Below, in pieces: positions 25,887 to 33,745 of a DNA stretch of 64,000 nucleotides. The DNA is from Candidatus Latescibacterota bacterium (GTDB lineage Bacteria; Latescibacterota; UBA2968; GCA-2709665), in assembly GCA_965248435.1 (NCBI GenBank), contig OZ252100.1:4576001-4640000 (forward strand), in the 5' to 3' direction. Position numbers and translations under genes: made by a program. Positions within the stretch are counted from its first letter, which is position 1, and each line of letters starts with the position of its first letter. The notes beneath the pieces are model-generated. The model did no database searches and had not been told where the DNA came from. It saw nothing but the letters and a program-made list of their open reading frames with translations.

Positions 25887-28085
25887 TCAAGTCGCGACAA
25901 CGTGTGCCCTCGCGCGCCAGAGATCCACACCCACCAAACGCAGCTGGACAACCTCTCCGACCGAAACCTGCCTGAGCGATCTCACGACGATCTTCACGGG
26001 GAGGTCAGCGAGCTCGACGAGCGCGCCGTCCCGTCTGAGGTACAGAACGACGGCCGGGAACAGGCTGCCTGTCGATTCAGACAGATTTCTCAGGATCACG
26101 TAGCGTTCACGGCGATGTCGAAGGCGGTCCAACTGCCTCAGTTCCTCCTGTGCCCGGTATCGAATCAGATCGATTTCGTCACGTGCGTAAAGCACCTCTC
26201 CGTGAATCAGATCGTGCACGACCTGGCACTGCATCATCAGGTCGACGTATCGGTCCTGAGGCATGGTTACAGGGACGTAAGCGGAGAGGCCCAGACCGTG
26301 GTGAAACGCTGCCTCCGCACTCAGCTTGACAGAGGGGGTCTGGCGACGAATCTCGTGCCTTCGGACGAACCGATTCGGAATCTGAGCCAGCTCACTCAGG
26401 TTCATAGGGGTGTCCCGCGTCTCATAGATGACCGGGATCTCTCTCTCAGCGCAGTATTTTCCCACCTCCTGGCAGGCAAGGATCGCGAGCTCTTCCTGAA
26501 TCACGTTTACGTCCTTTGACTCCACCACGAGTTTTCCCTCTTCGACACTCACCTGAGGTTGCGCCCGGACGGATGCGTCGAAGGCTCCTGCCTCTTCACG
26601 CGCCGAACGGAGCGCTTCCGCTACTCGTCCCAGGATGCGGAGCGGCCCGGCAAGGGGATGCGCCTTGCCATCGGAGATGGCTTCCAGATCTTGATTGGAA
26701 AGGCGATGGTGGAGCTTGACGCGTGAGGGAATGATCCTGCTCTCACGGATCGCGAGACCCTTGTCCAGCTTCCAGAGGATACTCATCGCAGGAGTGGGTT
26801 CACCGATCTGAAAGCGGCCGAGCTTCGTTGAAATGCGATGAGGGAGCATCGGGATCTCGGCATCTGGCAGAATCAGCGACGCCATGCGATTGCAGGCCTC
26901 GCGATCGAGCGCAGATCCGCGAGGCACGAGGTCACTCAGGTCGGGGATGTGCACACCAAGCTCGTAGCCCCGCCCCCATCTGCGCCTGAGTGAGATCGCG
27001 ATCTTACCCTCATCGAGCGAAAAGAGGCGTCGCCGCCACAGCCTTCGACGGCCTTTGAGGACCCGAGACCGGCCGACACGATCCGATTCCCGGACGACAT
27101 CATCAGGGAAGTGGGGCGTCAGTTCGGCTCGAAGGAGATCCAGGTTCTCGTGTTCCGACCAGATGCCCTTGCGCACGAGGAGGTCGAAGGCGCTTCGCTC
27201 CAGATCCTTTGTTCCCGGCACAACTTCGGGCAGGATCTTCCTCGCCTGCTTCTGCCCGGGGGCGCGCTGTCCCCACAGGGCATACATGCGAATGTGCTCG
27301 AGCCAGCTGTTTTGCCTCCGTGTCAGTGTCTCCGCGTCGTAATCCATCCCCTCCAGAGAAGACCAATGGATGAACTCCGCCAGTTCCTCTCCGAGCGCTG
27401 CCTCGCGAGCGAGGAGGGCCTTGCGGGCCTCCACCTCCTCGGCCGAAAGAAGTGCGTAGACCTGATGCATTCGTGCCTCAAAATAGGGCGATGTGTCTTC
27501 CAGATGCAGGTAGAGCGCCACCCAGCGCAGCGTGTCCATCGCACCGTTCCAGTAGAGTGAAGCGATCTCGGAAATCGTCAGTGTCTCCTGGTCTCCGGTC
27601 AGGAGCTCCCAGATTTCTTGCAGGTCCACGTTCGAGCTCAACTCCCGAGCCGAGTCCACGAATGAAGTGAGGGCATCTCCGTCTTTGTCCAATCTGATCC
27701 CGGTCTCGTAGATGAGCATCGACGCGGACAGGTGCAGGCGCCTGCGGTCCTCCGATACCACGGAAACTGTCCGGGCAGAACCCTTCCTGCAGTATCCGAG
27801 CATCAGGCGCTTCCGGTACCGGAAGAGTACGATCTCACCCGACCCGGGAAGGTCTCCGGGTTTATCACCTTGCTCTTGGGGCGTCCCCGGCGCGGCGCGA
27901 CGCTTCTGGGTCCTGGGAACCGGCCAGGCGGAAGGCTTGCGAGCGGGCAGACGCCCGACCTGGCGCTCGGTCCAGACGTTTTTCCCTTCGCGTCTCACCA
28001 CGAAGCCGTAGATCCGTTTCACGAAGTTGGCGTAGTAGTAGATGAATCGATTGGCGATCGTCAGGTCTCTGTTCAAGAGCTTCAT
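25887..28085 (-). CDS. Ribonuclease II/R (RNB-domain) homolog with a degenerate active site
   Basis: LGVHIPD, LDREA..R..SL.LPD..IPMLP, HHGLGLSAY, T.P.DRYVDL and an S1-like tail. The catalytic Asp cluster is missing. Start at ATG 28085. Confidence 0.8.
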   Translation of the reverse strand: MKLLNRDLTIANRFIYYYANFVKRIYGFVVRREGKNVWTERQVGRLPARKPSAWPVPRTQKRRAAPGTPQEQGDKPGDLPGSGEIVLFRYRKRLMLGYCRKGSARTVSVVSEDRRRLHLSASMLIYETGIRLDKDGDALTSFVDSARELSSNVDLQEIWELLTGDQETLTISEIASLYWNGAMDTLRWVALYLHLEDTSPYFEARMHQVYALLSAEEVEARKALLAREAALGEELAEFIHWSSLEGMDYDAETLTRRQNSWLEHIRMYALWGQRAPGQKQARKILPEVVPGTKDLERSAFDLLVRKGIWSEHENLDLLRAELTPHFPDDVVRESDRVGRSRVLKGRRRLWRRRLFSLDEGKIAISLRRRWGRGYELGVHIPDLSDLVPRGSALDREACNRMASLILPDAEIPMLPHRISTKLGRFQIGEPTPAMSILWKLDKGLAIRESRIIPSRVKLHHRLSNQDLEAISDGKAHPLAGPLRILGRVAEALRSAREEAGAFDASVRAQPQVSVEEGKLVVESKDVNVIQEELAILACQEVGKYCAEREIPVIYETRDTPMNLSELAQIPNRFVRRHEIRRQTPSVKLSAEAAFHHGLGLSAYVPVTMPQDRYVDLMMQCQVVHDLIHGEVLYARDEIDLIRYRAQEELRQLDRLRHRRERYVILRNLSESTGSLFPAVVLYLRRDGALVELADLPVKIVVRSLRQVSVGEVVQLRLVGVDLWRARAHVVAT

Positions 28086-28087
28086 CG

Positions 28088-28432
28088 CTATGGTCCTCTG
28101 GTGAGTGATCGAAGTCGTTCCAGGACCTCGATCTGGCTGCTCAGGTGCTTTTCCGCGGCCTTGACGAGCGCCCTCTGGCTTTCGATGAGGGCTTGCTCCA
28201 CGGCGGCCGCCTGTTCTTTGTCCATTCCAAGTGCGATGTTCTGCCCGATTCTTATCTCCAGACTGTCTTCCATATCCTTCAACCGCGAGACCGCGTAGGA
28301 ATGCGTCGACCGGGCGACGGTGACTTTTTCTCCCTGTTTCCGAAACGCCTCGTGGGGATTGTCTGCGGGTTCGCTGCAGGCTGAGAGACCTGCCCACAGA
28401 GAGAGAAAGAGGATGAAGGGTGTCCGCATCAT
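28088..28432 (-). CDS. Small hypothetical lipoprotein
   Basis: Lipobox-like LSAC and a helical body. Packed tightly between the GNAT and RNB genes. Confidence 0.65.
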   Translation of the reverse strand: MMRTPFILFLSLWAGLSACSEPADNPHEAFRKQGEKVTVARSTHSYAVSRLKDMEDSLEIRIGQNIALGMDKEQAAAVEQALIESQRALVKAAEKHLSSQIEVLERLRSLTRGP

Positions 28433-29352
28433 GCCTGATCCAGCCCCCAGGTGAACAACCTCTCCCGCACGTCCGCAGTCACGCTCGCCGGATTGACGAC
28501 GTAGATCATCTCAGAGCCGTGCCCCTTGGAGCTCTCCAGCGGATGCTTTCGAGCGCCGGAAGCGGTAAGCTGTTCGATGATATCGGGTCGGGCGTGGAAG
28601 GCGAGGAACGGCCTGTTTCTGGACTGGGGTTCTGTCTCGAGGACGTGGGAAAGGAGTCCTACAATGCTGGGCGCATCGCCGCCGTACTCGATGATGCCCG
28701 CCTTGTTCACGCCCCCGCCGTAAACCAGATAAGCGCGAGCACTCCCGTTGTCAACGGCCGTCCAGACGTCGATTTTGGGCAGGGACAGCAGGGCGACCGA
28801 TTCATCGCGCGTTCTTGTAAAGCGGACAGGTTCCTGCTCGTAGAGCGCGATGATGTCGTCGAGATATTGACCATCGATGAATCGGACGGCATCACAGCCT
28901 GTCTCCCGAAGTTGGGCACTGCCCATCTCGAATAGCCATCCTTCCGGAGAGACGGTCTCCCACCCCAGTTTGCGGTAGAAGTCGGGGACCCCGGTCCAGA
29001 GGAGGCCGAGGTCGTACCCCTCCTCGTGAATCGACTCTTGAAGGCTGCGCATCAATGCGGCTGCGTGTCCTCGCTGCCGAAATTCGGGCGCTGTCGCGAC
29101 GGCGACGATCATACCGACTTTCAGTCGGGCCTCCTCGATGACCAGCTCGCGCTCCCAATTCGCCGCGTGGCTGACGATGCGCCCGGCCTCGACCATGACG
29201 CGGCAGTTCGCGTGGTTGGAAGGATCAAAGACCAGCGGAAAGTCAGCGAGCATGTTCTGGTCGGTTATTCCGCGACTTCGCCGAAACACGTCGTCCAGCA
29301 GTTCGCCGAGTTCCGGGAGATCACTTTGTGTGATAGAGCGGAGGGTTGGCAT
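28429..29352 (-). CDS. GNAT-family acetyltransferase (Eis-like)
   Basis: VATAPEFRQRGHAAALM and PDFYRKLGW acetyl-CoA motifs. Confidence 0.88.
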   Translation of the reverse strand: MPTLRSITQSDLPELGELLDDVFRRSRGITDQNMLADFPLVFDPSNHANCRVMVEAGRIVSHAANWERELVIEEARLKVGMIVAVATAPEFRQRGHAAALMRSLQESIHEEGYDLGLLWTGVPDFYRKLGWETVSPEGWLFEMGSAQLRETGCDAVRFIDGQYLDDIIALYEQEPVRFTRTRDESVALLSLPKIDVWTAVDNGSARAYLVYGGGVNKAGIIEYGGDAPSIVGLLSHVLETEPQSRNRPFLAFHARPDIIEQLTASGARKHPLESSKGHGSEMIYVVNPASVTADVRERLFTWGLDQA

Positions 29353-29417
29353 AAGAACGGACCGCAGACCGCCGACGGCAGACCGCGGCGGAAAGCCTCT
29401 GTGCTTGGTCGAATTCT

Positions 29418-32243
29418 CTAGTGGATTTGAAGTGTGAACAGCTTCGATTTCTCCAGTACGAGTCTGAACCTCAGGATCCGACCAGAAAAATCGGAAAGTC
29501 GCCGGCCGTTCCAGGAAGGGTTGTGATCGATCTCGTCTCCGATGAACGGATCAGAGTCCTCGAGGGTGTATCCCTCGATCGGCGCCCCGTCTTCGTTCTG
29601 TAGCTCCAAGAGAATCCGTCCACCCTTTTCTACCTGGGTGTTGATGAGGAGATCTGTGCCGTCGAACTGGATCGGATGGGTCGTGAATTCACCGATGCCG
29701 TCGACGGGTGCCGCGTAGGCCAGCCGCCCGGGTCGGATGCGCGTGAACATGGGATAGGAATCGCCGTAGAACCCGTGGCGCCAGAGGTTATCCCAGTTGA
29801 CGAAGAACGGGGTCTCGCTGTAGTGGGGGAACTGGGCCTGGAATGCCTCCACTGTGGGATGCCTTGTCGCTGTGGTGTGATTGTGATGGACGTTCCTGGC
29901 CTCGTTTCGGAGCAGCCAGAATTCATTGCCCTCATCGTCTTTCGCCGGGATGTAGCTCCGAGACTGAAAGTACATGATCCACGGGAAGTCGCTGTTCTCG
30001 ACCCCCGGCTTGACGAGCGGTGCCCTGTGATTCGTGAACCGATGCCAGTGAAGGAGATCGCGGGACCACATGAGCTCGGGGTATTGAATGAGGTGATCGG
30101 TCGGATAGCTCCTGAGCTCCGCGACGTAGACTTCACCGCTGTTGACTGCGACGCCCCCGAGGGAGGTCGTGCGGAGCACGGAACGTCCTTCCTCAGCGGC
30201 AGGCAAGTTGACGATCATCGCCATGTTGTAGAACTGCATCCCGTAGCAATCGAATTCGTCTACCCCCACGCAGAACCGCTTATGAAAATGGATTCCGTCA
30301 TCAGTCCACAGCACCGCCAGGTTGCGCAGCGGCCCCTGGTGGTTGTCCCACGGCATGCACTGAGGAGGGTAGGGGGGCGAGTTGGGCCGGTAGTACCAGA
30401 AGATCGTCGGCTTGCCTCGAAGCTCCACCTCGTGCCGGATGGTCTCGCTGCTGTGCATCAGGTCCATGCCGGGTCCGAGCTGGATGAGGGGTTTATCGCT
30501 CAGGAAGTGGTATTCGTTGTCGCCCTTGTAGACCATCGGGTAATAGCTTCTGTCCTCTGGCGTGAAACCCAATGCGTCCTTCGATGCTGCAAAGTCTTCC
30601 GGCCAGGCGAAATCGACCTTGGGATTGTGGCCCCCCGCGATGAAGCCCATGAAGATTCTGTCCATGTCGACCGGTCCGTCCCGCTCCGGATCGTAGACAC
30701 CGAATTTATACTTCGGTGAATCCACCCCGAGAGTAATGGCCGAGGTGACATCTTTGGGACGCTCCGACCGGGTCAGATCCTGGACCGTTCCCAGGATGTT
30801 GTTGGCCGTCGAACCGTGAAATTCGACCTTCCCCAGTTCCGGCTTCTCCCAGGTGATCCCATCCTTTGAAGTGGCTAGGCAGACGTATTCAGGGCGCTGC
30901 AGGTCTTCCGGGTAGAGCTCGAAGATCAAACCCGAAGATTCGTCGACCTCTTCGGGAGGGGGCAGACCGCCACCCTTTCGCAGGCCGGGAACCGCGAGCA
31001 TCAGATGATTGGTGTTGCGTTCCGACTCGGAGCGCGGGTCGTTGAGGATTGCGTAGGCGTGGTCGAACGGGGGCCGATCGAAGTCGAATTCCCGGACCGG
31101 CGTTCCAGCGTCCAGCAGCCGTTGAAGGAGCGCCTGGTATCCGGTGGTGAGAGGATCCGTCCGCTCACGGGAGGCTGATGTCCTGTGTATCGTGACCGGG
31201 AGGGTTTCTTCTCCCTGAAGCCAGTGCGCGGAAGAACCACTCGTATCGGGTTCGTCCTCGCTGCTCACCAGGTCGTCCGCGAGGACGTGCCATCCGAATG
31301 CCTTTCGGAACGCGTGCGGTCTGTGAATCGAGCGGCTGAAATCGTATTCCATCTTGAACAGCCTTTCTGCTTCGTCAAATTTCACAGAGGCAGACATCAT
31401 GCCGAACTCCCAGGGCTTGTCTTTGACGATCGCCGGTTTGCCTGGACGGGGATCGTAGCTCATCGGCCAGAAATCGATGCCCTCAGATGACTCGAAGAGC
31501 CAGTTATCGACCATGTACTGCAGAGATTCGCCCAGACGGAGGGGCGGCTCTGGCTGGACATCGGGTCCGATGACCTCCTTCCAAAACTTGCGGACCATGT
31601 AGGGTCCGAACGGTTGACCCTCTTCCAGGAGCTGGACGCGGATCCAGTACTCGCCGCGATCCCAGTCGGCGTGGTTGAACGTGACGGTCTGATGTGCCTC
31701 GGCCAGGTCCAAGTCGACCGGCTCCACGAGGGTTTCCGACCCCCGCCGCTTCGTCACATCGATGCGGACCCGGCAGACAGGAACACGCTCAGTCTTGAGC
31801 CGGATGGTGAGCGGGATTTCGTCGTGGTCGATGCAAACCGGTCTGAGCGGCGCGCATTCGATAAAGCCGGGCGGGAAATCGTGTCGGAGTCGGCTTTTCC
31901 CGCTGTTGGCATAGAACGCGTCCTGGTCCAATTCGCAAGTCTCGGTGACGATCGGCGATCCTTCGCTCAGGATCGCGACTTCAAAGGTCGTCACACCCAT
32001 CTCGTAGACCAGAGAGGATCCGGGACCTTCGATCTGTTCCCAGGCACCATCATCCATCAACGGATACCGGACCTTCACTTCAGCCTGCTTGCCGTCTGTC
32101 TGGAGATCGCCATCCATCTCCAACTTATACCCGCTCGGCTGTGTGACCGTCACCCGGGCAGTGAGCTTTTCCCAGTGTCTCGGGTTGCCTGGCAGGTGAA
32201 GTTTGAGCACCTGTGTCATATAGTCGGCTTGAGTGACTTGCAT
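29418..32243 (-). CDS. Large hypothetical protein with a glycoside-hydrolase-like beta-propeller and C-terminal beta-sandwich
   Basis: Asp-box-like SKDGITWEKP, TDDGIHF and SRDLLHW motifs, plus C-terminal GEFTTHP...LLIN...GDEID. Start at ATG 32243 behind GGAGG. Confidence 0.65.
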   Translation of the reverse strand: MQVTQADYMTQVLKLHLPGNPRHWEKLTARVTVTQPSGYKLEMDGDLQTDGKQAEVKVRYPLMDDGAWEQIEGPGSSLVYEMGVTTFEVAILSEGSPIVTETCELDQDAFYANSGKSRLRHDFPPGFIECAPLRPVCIDHDEIPLTIRLKTERVPVCRVRIDVTKRRGSETLVEPVDLDLAEAHQTVTFNHADWDRGEYWIRVQLLEEGQPFGPYMVRKFWKEVIGPDVQPEPPLRLGESLQYMVDNWLFESSEGIDFWPMSYDPRPGKPAIVKDKPWEFGMMSASVKFDEAERLFKMEYDFSRSIHRPHAFRKAFGWHVLADDLVSSEDEPDTSGSSAHWLQGEETLPVTIHRTSASRERTDPLTTGYQALLQRLLDAGTPVREFDFDRPPFDHAYAILNDPRSESERNTNHLMLAVPGLRKGGGLPPPEEVDESSGLIFELYPEDLQRPEYVCLATSKDGITWEKPELGKVEFHGSTANNILGTVQDLTRSERPKDVTSAITLGVDSPKYKFGVYDPERDGPVDMDRIFMGFIAGGHNPKVDFAWPEDFAASKDALGFTPEDRSYYPMVYKGDNEYHFLSDKPLIQLGPGMDLMHSSETIRHEVELRGKPTIFWYYRPNSPPYPPQCMPWDNHQGPLRNLAVLWTDDGIHFHKRFCVGVDEFDCYGMQFYNMAMIVNLPAAEEGRSVLRTTSLGGVAVNSGEVYVAELRSYPTDHLIQYPELMWSRDLLHWHRFTNHRAPLVKPGVENSDFPWIMYFQSRSYIPAKDDEGNEFWLLRNEARNVHHNHTTATRHPTVEAFQAQFPHYSETPFFVNWDNLWRHGFYGDSYPMFTRIRPGRLAYAAPVDGIGEFTTHPIQFDGTDLLINTQVEKGGRILLELQNEDGAPIEGYTLEDSDPFIGDEIDHNPSWNGRRLSDFSGRILRFRLVLEKSKLFTLQIH

Positions 32244-32272
32244 CGGGAGCCTCCATAGCCTAGCGGCGTGGT

Positions 32273-33724
32273 TTATTCGAACATCAGGCCTTCGGATGAT
32301 TCGGTGCGGCTTAGATGCCTTCGAATCAGTCGCCGGGCCCTGTAGGTCTTGACGTATCGCAGCCAGTGCTTCTTGGGCACCTGCGCTTTGGAAGATTTGA
32401 TTTCTACCGTGTCCCCCCAGCTCAACGCGGAGAAAGGTGAGGTCCACTTCCCATTCACATTGCCTCCCTTGCAGTGCAGGCCAAGGTCGGTGTGCACGGC
32501 GAACGCGAAGTCCATCAGGGTGGCGCCTTCGGGGAGGATGATCGGGTCCCCCTCGGGCGTAAAGACGGCGATCTCTTGGACGAAGAGGATACGCTTGATC
32601 TCCCTCAAGAAACGGTCCTCCGGGGCAACATACTGCTGCCAATCGGAGAGCTCCTGGAGCCATCGTTCGCGGCGTTCTTCCTGAAGTCGATCTCCGCTCA
32701 ATGTGGCCACGCCGAGCTCGCCCAGACGGTACATGGACGGCGTCTGGATGTGGATCTCGAACCGCGTGCCCCGATGCAGAACCATTGTATGGAGCGCCTG
32801 ATATCGATTCCGCTTAGGAAGGGCGATGAAATCCTTGAAGAATTCCATGTCCGGAACGAAATGGCCGTGGATAACCCCAAGGACACGGTAGCAGGCATCG
32901 CGATTGGATACGATGAGACGGATCGAGTACCGGTCGTGAATCTCGATGATCGGGACCTTGCTCCCCGTGACTTTTCGATAGATGCTCGTCAGACTCTTTA
33001 CCTGTAAGGCCGCTCGGGTCCGAATTCCCTGATCGCCTACGACCTTCTCGAGCTCCCGCCGGAAATCCGCGAAGTGGTGGGGTGGGTCCGTATCCATAGC
33101 CTCTACGAGCTCACCGTAGACCTGAGGCTCCAGGCAGCTCAGACTTAGATCCTCCAGCTCACGTCGGATCCGCCCCATTCCGAGGAGGTGAGACAGCGGG
33201 GCATAGATGTCCGCCGTCTCCTGGGCGATACGGTTACGACGCCTGGGCTCCTTCAGGCCGCCGATGCTGCGCATGTTGTGCACGCGGTCTGCTAGCTTGA
33301 GGATCAGGACGCGGGGGTCTTCGCGGGCCGCCGTGAAGAGTGCTTGCAGTGTTGCGGCGCGCCTGGCGGCGCGGCCGCGGGTTCGTGCACCTTCTTTCGT
33401 GACTCCCTTTACAAGATCGGCCACGGCAGGACCGAAGGCGGGCGCGATATCATCCAGACTGAGCGCAGTGTCTTCAACAGCATCGTGAAGCAGCGCCGCC
33501 ACAATCATCTCCATGTCTTTTGAGAATCCGAGCTCTGACGCCAGGATCAGGGCGACCCCGATGGGGTGCGTGATGTAAGGCTGCCCTTCATCCCTGCTCT
33601 GCCCTTCGTGGCTGGCGCTGGCGATGTGGTAGGCCTGGCCTACCAGCGGGTGACCGGCCTGCGGCACACGCGCGAGCAGTTTCTGCAGGGGTTCCCTGAT
33701 TGCTGATCTTCCTGCGGAATCCAA
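32273..33724 (-). CDS. Short RelA/SpoT homolog (HD + degenerate synthetase + TGS)
   Basis: HEGQSR..G.PYITHP, LLHDAVED, LKLADRVHNMR, YAPLSHLLG and TGS FTPEG...DFAFAVHT motifs. Confidence 0.88.
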   Translation of the reverse strand: MDSAGRSAIREPLQKLLARVPQAGHPLVGQAYHIASASHEGQSRDEGQPYITHPIGVALILASELGFSKDMEMIVAALLHDAVEDTALSLDDIAPAFGPAVADLVKGVTKEGARTRGRAARRAATLQALFTAAREDPRVLILKLADRVHNMRSIGGLKEPRRRNRIAQETADIYAPLSHLLGMGRIRRELEDLSLSCLEPQVYGELVEAMDTDPPHHFADFRRELEKVVGDQGIRTRAALQVKSLTSIYRKVTGSKVPIIEIHDRYSIRLIVSNRDACYRVLGVIHGHFVPDMEFFKDFIALPKRNRYQALHTMVLHRGTRFEIHIQTPSMYRLGELGVATLSGDRLQEERRERWLQELSDWQQYVAPEDRFLREIKRILFVQEIAVFTPEGDPIILPEGATLMDFAFAVHTDLGLHCKGGNVNGKWTSPFSALSWGDTVEIKSSKAQVPKKHWLRYVKTYRARRLIRRHLSRTESSEGLMFE

Positions 33725-33745
33725 AGATGGGTCTCCAACGAAGTT

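Noticed and set aside
28086-32663. Long N-terminal extensions of the 836-aa and 1081-aa track ORFs
   Set aside because: They overlap real neighbouring genes. The ATGs at 28085 and 32243 fit better.
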